64,000 nt of DNA. It comes from a virus. The translations under genes were made by a program, and so were the position numbers. Positions 56,097 through 64,000 of this stretch are shown here, piece after piece. The stretch's first letter is position 1. Each line of letters starts with the position of its first letter. The stretch covers positions 64,001 through 128,000 of IMG/VR virus record IMGVR_UViG_3300050015_000276, one strand, 5' to 3'. A model generated the notes under the pieces. The model was not told the DNA's origin and searched no databases. It saw nothing but the letters and a program-made list of their open reading frames with translations.

Positions 56097-58415
56097 ATGT
56101 CTGAAGAAACTAATATTGTAAATGTCCAAGCTAAAAAACTCCTGGCTCGATTGTTAGTAACGGAAGCTATAACAGTTATTCATGCAGGAACTAGGACAGC
56201 ATCATTTGATCCAAAACGAAGAATATTGACTCTTCCAATTTGGAAAACAATGAGTGGCGACCTTTATGACCTTTTTGTTCTTCATGAAGTATCTCATGCA
56301 CTTTATACTCCACAAGGAAGTAAACCTTTAATTGATGCGTGTAACCGGGTTGCTTCCAAATATCCAAAAGCAGCAAAAAGATTTGTTAATATTGTGGAAG
56401 ATGCCAGGATTGAACGACTTATTAAAGTAACATATCCGGGTGGTCGTGGTGCATTTATTCGTGGTTATACGGAACTGGTTGAACGTGATTTCTTCGGCAC
56501 AAAAGGAAGAGATATAAACGATTTTGGTATCATTGATAGGATAAACATTTATTTCAAAACTGGTAATAATGATATTCAGTTTACTGATTACGAAATGCAA
56601 TTTATTCATGATATTGAAAAGGTTTTAACTTTCGATGAAGTTATTGGAATTTGTGAAAGATTGTATACTTATGCCAAAGAGGAAAGAGATAAGAAAAAGG
56701 CTGAATCAGAAGAGGACTGCCAAGAAACAGAGAATGACGATCCAGAATCTGGAAATGAAGAATTGGATCCAAATTCTAAAACCTCAAAATCTTCCATGAA
56801 TGATTCGGAAGATGACGACGATTCTGATGTAGATGTCGATCCAGATACGGATGATGACGAAGATATACCGGATGAAAATGATGAATCTATACCGGATGAA
56901 AATGAAGAAACTTCAGGAGATGCTGATAATGGCGAAGAAACTAATTCGGACGAAAAGACCGATGAGGACAAGAAACCCGAAAAAGCCTTTAAAGACTCTG
57001 AAGCCGAAGCACCCAAAATAAATGATGATCCTATTGAATCTGTAACAGATAAAACTTGGGAAGAAAAACAGGAAGAGTTGTGTGATTTATATGCACGTCC
57101 AATTCGGTATTTGGGTATTCCTAAACCAATATTAGAAAATATAATTGTTCCTTATAAGAAAGTTCATTCTAATATTCGAAAACATTATTTGAATGCTGGT
57201 GTAGGTTTTGTAACGAGTCATTCAGAAGAATTTGCACGTTTCAAAGATGAAAATAAAACAGTTGTTGATTGGCTTATTAAAGAATTTGAAATGCGTAAGG
57301 CTGCCAATCAATATTCTAGATCATTATCTGCTAAGACTGGTATATTGGATATGAATAAATTGAACCAGTATAGGTTTGCGGATGATATCATGAAGAAGGT
57401 GACTTCAATTATTGGTGGAAAGAATCATGCGCTTGAGATATTTGTTGACTGGTCAGGTTCTATGGTCCAACATGCATTGGGAACAATACATCAATTAATA
57501 AATATTGCGATGTTTTGTCGTAAAGAACAAATACCATTTAATGCTTATACTTTTGGTGCCGAGACTGTCCATAGCCAAGAACTCAGAGGTAAAACAGGTC
57601 AGTGTGGCAATGCTGATGTTTTCCAATTTGAAATTGAGGATTTTGGTTTCTTTTATGGTTTTTCTTTACACCAAGTGCTTTCGAGTACAATGTCCGCAAT
57701 GGAATTTAATGATGCATGTATTAATTTATTCATGATGGCATCTTCTTGTGGTTCGGGACAAAGAGGACTTCCAAAAGCTGAAAAAATGAGTGGAACACCT
57801 TTGAATGAAGCCATTGTTTCTGCCATTGAAATTGTAAATCGCCTTCGTAAGAAAACTAATATTCAAGTTATAAATACAGTTTTTATTACTGATGGTGAGG
57901 CAACTACAGATGGCCGGTATATTCACGAAGTTAAAACATTATTTGAAACCACCTATATTGATTATGGAAAAGAAGATGTGTTTTTGCGAGATTCAGTAAC
58001 ACATATAGATTATCCGTTAAGCAATATAAAAAGGGATACTACAAAGGCATTTCTTCAAATATTTCGAAATAGAACTAAGACTAATGTAATTGGGTTTTTT
58101 ATTTCGGGAGGTGACAAATATAGTCAAAAGATTGACATCGCTACATTATATCCAGAACGTTGGGGTAAAGGTGAATTTGAACAAAATAAAATTGAAAAGG
58201 AATTAGAAGAAAATAATTTTGTTCTCGTGCCAAATATGGGTTATACTGAATTTTATATAATTCCTGGTGGAAGAGAATTACGAATTTCTTTACCAGGTTC
58301 ACCGTTAACTGGAATTATGGGAAATGGAAAAATGGTTACGGCGATGTCTGCACATGGTTTAAAGCAACGAAAGCAACGAATTTGTTTGAACCGTTTTATA
58401 AAAATTATTTCATAA
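56097..58415 (+). CDS. CobT-like protein: N-terminal HEXXH metallopeptidase-like domain, acidic linker, VWA domain
   Basis: TASFD...LTLPIW, HEVSHALYTP, NIVEDARIE; DWSGS MIDAS, TPLNEA, FITDGE. Confidence 0.85.
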   Translation: MSEETNIVNVQAKKLLARLLVTEAITVIHAGTRTASFDPKRRILTLPIWKTMSGDLYDLFVLHEVSHALYTPQGSKPLIDACNRVASKYPKAAKRFVNIVEDARIERLIKVTYPGGRGAFIRGYTELVERDFFGTKGRDINDFGIIDRINIYFKTGNNDIQFTDYEMQFIHDIEKVLTFDEVIGICERLYTYAKEERDKKKAESEEDCQETENDDPESGNEELDPNSKTSKSSMNDSEDDDDSDVDVDPDTDDDEDIPDENDESIPDENEETSGDADNGEETNSDEKTDEDKKPEKAFKDSEAEAPKINDDPIESVTDKTWEEKQEELCDLYARPIRYLGIPKPILENIIVPYKKVHSNIRKHYLNAGVGFVTSHSEEFARFKDENKTVVDWLIKEFEMRKAANQYSRSLSAKTGILDMNKLNQYRFADDIMKKVTSIIGGKNHALEIFVDWSGSMVQHALGTIHQLINIAMFCRKEQIPFNAYTFGAETVHSQELRGKTGQCGNADVFQFEIEDFGFFYGFSLHQVLSSTMSAMEFNDACINLFMMASSCGSGQRGLPKAEKMSGTPLNEAIVSAIEIVNRLRKKTNIQVINTVFITDGEATTDGRYIHEVKTLFETTYIDYGKEDVFLRDSVTHIDYPLSNIKRDTTKAFLQIFRNRTKTNVIGFFISGGDKYSQKIDIATLYPERWGKGEFEQNKIEKELEENNFVLVPNMGYTEFYIIPGGRELRISLPGSPLTGIMGNGKMVTAMSAHGLKQRKQRICLNRFIKIIS

Positions 58416-58483
58416 AGGTCTTGCTTTTTAGACCAAAATGTAGTACAATAGTAATGATGAAAGGTATACAAGAAGGTTAATGA

Positions 58484-58936
58484 ATGGCAAAAGATAAAGT
58501 TGTTAATAAGAATCAACCAAAGAGTTTGACTTCCGCACAACATATGTTTGTGGAGCAACTTCAGGCGCGTTTTGGTGAGCAATTTACAAATGTTAAACGC
58601 AATGAATTGTTGAAGGCATCTCAAGATATTTTGAAGGCCGCTACAATTCCAGCTTGGATTGCAAGAAATTTGAAAGTTCGTAATAAGGAGAAGCGTGGAA
58701 GATATGATCTTAGTGTACTTCTTAAGTTGCCTGTTGTAGCCTTTGAAGAGGTGAAGACGGCAAAAGTAAAGAAGACTCCTAAGGTTGTTGCAAAGAAGGC
58801 TACTAAGGCACCTAAGGTTCCAAAAACTACTAAGAAAACTAAAGAAACAGGGATTGTTGATACTGAGACGGCATTGGCAGATTTAAATACGCCGGCAATT
58901 CAAGATGATCCTTTTTCCGAAGAAATAGCCGAGTAA
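58484..58936 (+). CDS. Basic protein: N-domain homologous to the CobS-like N-terminus plus K/A/P/T-rich histone-like tail
   Basis: QHMFVEQL..RFG...PAWI...RGRYDL vs QENFVSIV..QYG...PTWL...RGKYKL; KTAKVKKTPKVVAKKATKAPK. Confidence 0.65.
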   Translation: MAKDKVVNKNQPKSLTSAQHMFVEQLQARFGEQFTNVKRNELLKASQDILKAATIPAWIARNLKVRNKEKRGRYDLSVLLKLPVVAFEEVKTAKVKKTPKVVAKKATKAPKVPKTTKKTKETGIVDTETALADLNTPAIQDDPFSEEIAE

Positions 58937-58961
58937 TACCATTTATATTGGCGAGTAATAT

Positions 58962-60188
58962 ATGACACTTAAACAAAAACAAGAGAATTTTGTTTCCATT
59001 GTTCAGAAACAATATGGAATTAATAGAGATTATATTACTCGCCAAGAAGTTATTTGGTTAATTAAGAATATTGGAATTAAAAGTCCAACCTGGTTAGTAA
59101 ACGATCTTCAATATAAAATTGCAAGAGGAAAGTATAAATTGCCGAATTTGTTACTTGGCCAAACTGCGCCACAATCCTCAGATGATGAAGATTTGACAAC
59201 TGTAGCCGAAGAAATATTTAATCCAAAACCAAAAAAAGAAGTAAAAAGGATTTTTCCAAAACATATTTCATATGTTCCTAGTGAAGGACTTGTTCCTGGT
59301 GCAGAACCTACATTTGTTCCTTTTGGTTGTTTTCAGGATGTGAAATCCATTATTGAAAGTGGTGTGTTTCTTCCAATTTATATTTCTGGACCGACACGTT
59401 CTGGAAAAACCTTAACGCCTATTCAAGTTTGTTCTCAACTCAAGAAAAATTTGTATCGTGTTAATATTACTATTGAGACAGATGAGAGTGATCTCTTAGG
59501 TGGATATAAATTGATTAACGGAGAAACAGTATGGGAGGATGGACCAGCAGTTAAAGCTATTGAAGATCCTACTGGTGCTGTATTGTTGCTAGATGAAATT
59601 GATTTGGGTTCTAATAAACTTCTTTGTCTCCAACCTATTTTAGAAGGAAATGGAATTTACATTAAGAAAACAAATAGGTGGGTTCGTCCTTCAGAAGGAT
59701 TTAATGTTATTGCGACAGCTAATACAAAAGGACGTGGTAGTGAAGATGGCCGATATATTGGTACTAATGTAATGAATGAAGCTATGTTAGAGCGGTTTCC
59801 TATTACATATGACCAAGGATATGCAAATAAGAAAATTGAGGCATCGATCCTTAAAAAGAATCTTAAAATGTATGGTGAAGAATCTCCGCAATTTATAGAT
59901 TGTTTGTGCCAATGGGCTGATAATATAAGGAAAACAAATGCTAACGGCGGCGTTGATGAAACTATTTCAACGGGGCGTTTGGTATACATTATTAAAACTT
60001 ATGTAGTTTTTGGACGTAATCGTATGAAAGCTATCAAAGATAATATTGCCCGATTTGATTTGAATACACAGACTAGTTTTTTGGATATGTATACCAAGAT
60101 TGATGAACATGCCGTAGATGGTCCAGACGACCAAATAGTTTTGGGAGTCGATCTTCAAACTCCTGTTGTGAAAAAAGTTTGTTGGTAG
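58962..60188 (+). CDS. CobS/MoxR-like AAA+ ATPase
   Basis: GPTRSGKT, NITIETDESDLLG, LLLDEID, ATANTKGRG, NEAMLERF. Confidence 0.92.
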   Translation: MTLKQKQENFVSIVQKQYGINRDYITRQEVIWLIKNIGIKSPTWLVNDLQYKIARGKYKLPNLLLGQTAPQSSDDEDLTTVAEEIFNPKPKKEVKRIFPKHISYVPSEGLVPGAEPTFVPFGCFQDVKSIIESGVFLPIYISGPTRSGKTLTPIQVCSQLKKNLYRVNITIETDESDLLGGYKLINGETVWEDGPAVKAIEDPTGAVLLLDEIDLGSNKLLCLQPILEGNGIYIKKTNRWVRPSEGFNVIATANTKGRGSEDGRYIGTNVMNEAMLERFPITYDQGYANKKIEASILKKNLKMYGEESPQFIDCLCQWADNIRKTNANGGVDETISTGRLVYIIKTYVVFGRNRMKAIKDNIARFDLNTQTSFLDMYTKIDEHAVDGPDDQIVLGVDLQTPVVKKVCW

Positions 60189-60226
60189 TTGACTTCCAAT
60201 AGAAAATTGTGTTATAATTGATCAAT

Positions 60227-60643
60227 ATGAATAGTGCTGTGTGGGTCAAAGAACCTGACCCAGTAAAAAATAATTTACCTGCCGTGTGGGATCTGGTTTT
60301 GTCGGACCTTGAATTGTCACGGAAGAATCTTTCTAATGCTCCTCAATATCAAATATTGGATCTGTTAATAGCAGATATTCATTTGAGAGATATTACAGGC
60401 GAGAAGAAATATGGAGTTCGTCTTCAACCATTTAATGGTAGGAAGAATCTCAAAGATGCATATGAGGAGTTCTTGGATGCTGTTGTATATTTGCGTGCTG
60501 AATACTTCGAAATGACTTCTGGTGAGAAGACCGAAGAAATTGAAAGTTATGCCAGAAGTATTGGAGTTTTGTATACGACGGCACTGGATGCTTCTCTTAA
60601 ATTAAGATATTTAATGGAATTGAAAAAGGAACAGAATGGCTAA
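60227..60643 (+). CDS. Hypothetical all-alpha protein, possibly MazG-like nucleotide pyrophosphatase
   Basis: RD..G.KKYG..L...NGR...DAYEE.LD...YL; preceded by TTGACT-18-TATAAT at 60189-60218. Confidence 0.45.
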   Translation: MNSAVWVKEPDPVKNNLPAVWDLVLSDLELSRKNLSNAPQYQILDLLIADIHLRDITGEKKYGVRLQPFNGRKNLKDAYEEFLDAVVYLRAEYFEMTSGEKTEEIESYARSIGVLYTTALDASLKLRYLMELKKEQNG

Positions 60644-61352
60644 AGCGAAATCGAAAATGGTAACAGAAATTACACCGGCAACAATTGAAGTTTTAAAGAA
60701 TGCTGCCCAGATTAATCAAACTCTGCTATTTCCTGTGGGAAATAAGTTGATAACGCGTTCAGTGAAAAAGCATACTTATTTGGAGACAGTTGTTGCTGAA
60801 TCTTTTCCAAAGAGGTTTACTATTTATGATTTGAATCAATTTCTTTCGGTAGTTACCCAATTTGAGAAACCAACATTGAATTTTGGTGATGCTGAGGAAT
60901 ATGTTAAGATCAGTGATGACGGTGGAGGAATGTCTGTTAAGTTTCATTATGGTGATGAATCGTTAGCATATATTCCTGATCCCAATAAGAGTGTTGCATT
61001 GCCAAGTACAGAAGTGACTGTGAAATTAACTGAAAAGGATTTCCGTCAAATTACAAATATGGCTCGTACTTTAGGCACTCCAGAACTTGCCCTCGAAAGT
61101 GATGGAAAAGTGTTAAAGTTGGTAACGATGGATAGTAAGAATTCGGCAACGAACACTACTGACCTACCAATTGGTGATGCTCCTTCAGATATTCCTTTTA
61201 CGTTTGTATGGAAGATTGAGTATCTAAAACTTATACCTGGAACCTATGAATTGGCAGTGAGTAAAGCGGGCTTGAGCCGATTCAAGCATTCGGATATGCA
61301 AATTGTATATCATATTGTCCTTGAGGCTGCTAGTACTAAATACGGAGAATAA
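60636..61352 (+). CDS. gp45: Sliding clamp gp45
   Basis: VLKNAAQINQTL, FTIYDLNQFLSV, L..PG.YE; position before gp44. Confidence 0.9.
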   Translation: MAKAKSKMVTEITPATIEVLKNAAQINQTLLFPVGNKLITRSVKKHTYLETVVAESFPKRFTIYDLNQFLSVVTQFEKPTLNFGDAEEYVKISDDGGGMSVKFHYGDESLAYIPDPNKSVALPSTEVTVKLTEKDFRQITNMARTLGTPELALESDGKVLKLVTMDSKNSATNTTDLPIGDAPSDIPFTFVWKIEYLKLIPGTYELAVSKAGLSRFKHSDMQIVYHIVLEAASTKYGE

Positions 61353-61354
61353 TT

Positions 61355-61594
61355 ATGACAACAGAAGAGATTTTGAATATTTTAGAATTCATTCAGAAAT
61401 CTGCTGGTAGTGATACGGCGCATTTTATCGTATATGCTGATGGTAGTGGACATTTTGCGGCAGGTTATACGGAGGATTTTCCTCGAAAGACTTCTTGTTA
61501 TTTTAACCATGTTTCGTCAGTTAAATTGACTACGGTAGAAACAGAAATTTTAGAAAGTGATTCTTCATCTTTGATTCTTCCTTCAGAAAATTAA
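61355..61594 (+). CDS. Hypothetical protein (79 aa)
   Basis: ORF track. Confidence 0.6.
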   Translation: MTTEEILNILEFIQKSAGSDTAHFIVYADGSGHFAAGYTEDFPRKTSCYFNHVSSVKLTTVETEILESDSSSLILPSEN

Positions 61595-61602
61595 TAGTTT
61601 AA

Positions 61603-61678
61603 GGGGATGTCTGCCAACTGGTAAAGCAAGCGGACCTTCAATCCATTAATCCGAGTTCGAGTCTCGGCGTCCCTACCA
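61603..61678 (+). tRNA. tRNA with UUC anticodon (Glu), non-canonical C33, encoded CCA
   Basis: GGGGATG/CGTCCCT acceptor, D loop with GG, anticodon loop CC-TTC-AA, T arm CCGAG-TTCGAGT-CTCGG, ACCA end. Confidence 0.8.
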
Positions 61679-61683
61679 AAAAT

Positions 61684-61959
61684 ATGCCCAAATCAAATAA
61701 TGGTCGAGATACAAAACTCCACTGTCAAACATGTGGAAAGAAGCGAAATATGATTCAGTTTTTCGCTATCAACACGGATCAAAAGGATGAAAAGAGTAAG
61801 GTTTATCCTTTTGATCTTAAGAGGTTCTTGGAACTTATTAATTCTAATGAAATGGTAAAGTTGCCAAAGTATTATGTCGGAGTTTGCGGTATGTGTTATC
61901 AGAAGACATTTTTTCGTGGTAAGAATCATGGAAAGAAATTAGAAATTGTTGATGTATAA
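61684..61959 (+). CDS. Hypothetical protein with two CxxC motifs
   Basis: CQTC, CGMC. Confidence 0.6.
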   Translation: MPKSNNGRDTKLHCQTCGKKRNMIQFFAINTDQKDEKSKVYPFDLKRFLELINSNEMVKLPKYYVGVCGMCYQKTFFRGKNHGKKLEIVDV

Positions 61960-61984
61960 TTTTCTTTATTGAGGATATTTTATT

Positions 61985-62929
61985 ATGATTAGATCTGAAA
62001 TTATCTGGACAGAAAAGTTTAGACCACATACAATTAAAGATTGTGTTTTGCCAGAATCTTTACAACAAATTTTTCGGGCGTATGTGGATAAAAATATTAT
62101 TCCTAATATGGTGTTATCTGGTGGTCCAGGTATTGGAAAAACTACTGTGGCTCGCGCTCTATGCGATGAATTAGATGCTGATTTTTTATATATCAACGCA
62201 TCAGAAAATGGTAATATTGATACCATCCGAACTGATATCCGAGGATTTGCCTCTACGGTTAGTATGACTGGTGGACGTAAAGTTATTTTGTTGGATGAAG
62301 CTGACGGACTCACGGCTGTGGCGCAGCAGGCTCTCCGTGGTTTTATTGAAGAATTTGCAGGTAATGCCTCATTTATTTTGACTTGTAATTTTAAAAACAA
62401 AATTATTGATGCATTACAATCAAGATGCCCTGTAATTGAATTCAAACCAACCAAAGCTGACAAACCCAAAATGGCAAGGCAAATGCATTTGCGAGCCGTT
62501 GATATCCTCAAGAGAGAAAATATACCTTATGAGGATAAGGTCCTTGCTCAATTGATTATGAGATTCTTTCCTGATTTTAGGGAAACTATTGGAGTACTTC
62601 AGAAATATTCGATTGTTGGAAAAATTGATTCGGGTATCATTTCTGCCCTTGATGATTTTCCAATCAAGACTCTTATGGCGTCAATGAAAGAAAAAGATTT
62701 CACCAAGGTTCGTAGATGGGTTGCAGATAATTCAGATAATGAGCCAACTAGGATTTATCGCCAATTGTTTGATGCTATGAATGATCTATTAGAACCACGT
62801 TCTATTCCTCCTTTTGTATTGATATTAGGTGATTTTTTGGACCAAGCTAGTAGGTCATTGGACCAAGAAGTTTGTTTACTTGCTTTTCTTACAAGAATTA
62901 TGATTGAAGAGGATATCAATTGGAAATGA
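61985..62929 (+). CDS. gp44: Clamp loader large subunit gp44
   Basis: WTEKFRP..IKDCVLP, GPGIGKTT, LDEAD, LQSRC, FPDFR. Confidence 0.96.
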   Translation: MIRSEIIWTEKFRPHTIKDCVLPESLQQIFRAYVDKNIIPNMVLSGGPGIGKTTVARALCDELDADFLYINASENGNIDTIRTDIRGFASTVSMTGGRKVILLDEADGLTAVAQQALRGFIEEFAGNASFILTCNFKNKIIDALQSRCPVIEFKPTKADKPKMARQMHLRAVDILKRENIPYEDKVLAQLIMRFFPDFRETIGVLQKYSIVGKIDSGIISALDDFPIKTLMASMKEKDFTKVRRWVADNSDNEPTRIYRQLFDAMNDLLEPRSIPPFVLILGDFLDQASRSLDQEVCLLAFLTRIMIEEDINWK

Positions 62930-63117
62930 AAGAACTTCACTTGCTCAGAGATGCTATAGTAAATGCCATTGATTATATGCATCATGACAGATTTTGTGAC
63001 ATAGATCAATGTGATGTTTGTACTTGCTATATGGAAAGGGCCGCCGAAGAATTGCGAATGGCATTTAATGCCGTTAATGCACAGGTATATAAATGCCGGA
63101 CCTCGGACAAATTTTAA
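62920..63117 (+). CDS. Hypothetical protein (65 aa, Cys-containing)
   Basis: ORF track; overlaps gp44 end and gp62 start. Confidence 0.5.
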   Translation: MEMKELHLLRDAIVNAIDYMHHDRFCDIDQCDVCTCYMERAAEELRMAFNAVNAQVYKCRTSDKF

Positions 63118-63506
63118 ATTCTATACACCATGTCAAGAATGATCTTTTTCGAGAAGAAGGTTCCGATCCTCAACTTGTAGAAAAAGAATATAAAAAATTG
63201 GCATTTGTGGTAAACCGATGCCTTTCATATTTTATCGATACGGTTTTCCACGCCCAAGAAATGAACCAACGTTCTTCCTTAGATGGTAAACCACAATATC
63301 AATACCACCTTCATGCCATTAAAAAAGGCAAGAGATTTTCTAGAGGAATGAAAATTGAGAATCCGGAGAATTTGAAAATTGTAAAAGAGTATTACAATTT
63401 TTCAGATAAGAAGGCAAGAAAAGCTTTACAGATATTGTCTCCTGAAGATATTGAATTTATTAAAGCGAGATTGTATCAGGGTGGAACTGGTAAGAAGAAA
63501 ATGTGA
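63093..63506 (+). CDS. gp62: Clamp loader small subunit gp62
   Basis: FVVNRCLSYF.DTV..A.EMN, VKEYYNFS..KA..AL.IL, QGG. Confidence 0.92.
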   Translation: MPDLGQILNSIHHVKNDLFREEGSDPQLVEKEYKKLAFVVNRCLSYFIDTVFHAQEMNQRSSLDGKPQYQYHLHAIKKGKRFSRGMKIENPENLKIVKEYYNFSDKKARKALQILSPEDIEFIKARLYQGGTGKKKM

Positions 63507-63600
63507 ATGATATAAATATCCATGTACTCTTTGTGGAATATTATTGAGTCTTTCAACCTTCATTATACCATGAGGAGAATTTGACCGAAGGAATAAAGAT

Positions 63601-64000
63601 ATGTTATTTGACGATGTTGGAATTGAAATTAGATTGAAAGCCGAAGATGATTTTTTGAAGGTGAGAGAAACATTAACTCGGATTGGTATAGCTTCAAGAA
63701 AAGAACCAAAATTATTTCAATCGGCACATATATTACACAAGCAGGGTAGATATAAGATTCTCCATTTTAAGGAACTTTTTAAGTTAGATGGTAAACCTAC
63801 AAATTTATCCGAAGAAGATATTGCACGGCGCAATACCATTGCAAATTTATTGGGCGATTGGGGTTTAGTAGTATTGTTAGATCCCGAAAAATCGGCTGCT
63901 CCTGTTGTATCTATTAACGTTTTAAAAATAGTATCCTTTAAGGATAAAGTAAATTGGGAATTGGTTCCGAAGTATAACATTGGTCGTAAAAAAGTTATTT
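63601..64000 (+). CDS. regA: Translational repressor RegA (runs off the window end)
   Basis: Read by hand: DDFLKVRETLTRIGIASRK...LFQSAHILHKQGRYKILHFKELF.LDG...RRNTIANLL.DWGL. Confidence 0.95.
   Translation, partial: MLFDDVGIEIRLKAEDDFLKVRETLTRIGIASRKEPKLFQSAHILHKQGRYKILHFKELFKLDGKPTNLSEEDIARRNTIANLLGDWGLVVLLDPEKSAAPVVSINVLKIVSFKDKVNWELVPKYNIGRKKVI

Noticed and set aside
56097-60188. Cobalamin biosynthesis (cobS/cobT) auxiliary genes
   Set aside because: Motifs show a generic MoxR AAA + VWA/peptidase pair common in T4-like phages; no other cob genes present
53993-60643. 7-deazaguanine or diaminopurine DNA modification system
   Set aside because: No recognisable dpdA, queC/D, folE or purZ in the window; the radical SAM and MazG-like calls are too generic
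61635-61647. Opal-suppressor/Sec reading (UCA anticodon) of the tRNA, and stop-codon recoding
   Set aside because: Stem register supports UUC, not UCA; core genes are intact in code 11

Overview
The window is a 64-kb piece of an AT-rich, T4-like ('far-T4', cyanophage-like gene order) myophage genome. Order: minus-strand small early genes (1-4.6 kb); neck/tail/head module gp14-15-16-17-18-19-20-(68/67)-21-22-23 (5.5-21.4 kb); a glycosyltransferase plus a ~10.4-kb cluster of collagen/fibre/glycanase-like genes that all carry Sec-type signal peptides and become abruptly GC-rich (23.6-35.6 kb); gp3, uvsY, uvsW, gp55, gp47, gp46 (35.7-45.1 kb); a modification cluster (PLP enzyme, GNAT, acyl carrier protein, SDR, adenylating ligase, DNA methyltransferase, denV-like, three glycosyltransferase domains, SAM methyltransferase, radical SAM, GuaB/GuaC; 45.2-55.9 kb); CobT/CobS-like VWA + AAA pair, gp45, one tRNA, gp44, gp62 and a truncated regA. 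At least six homing endonuclease genes are present. Two essential genes (gp17 terminase, gp46) are fractured by atypically split inteins with a free-standing VSR/DUF559-type nuclease between the halves. Top candidate for novelty: the terminase split intein has Pro where Cys1 should be and Cys where the block-F Asp should be, i.e. it looks like a naturally split class-3-type intein. Other highlights: the all-secreted fibre cluster, an ACP-based acylation module beside a DNA methyltransferase, and an invariant TAAATA-N5-ATG late-promoter architecture implying leaderless late mRNAs. All product calls are from motif recognition by eye; no database searches were run.
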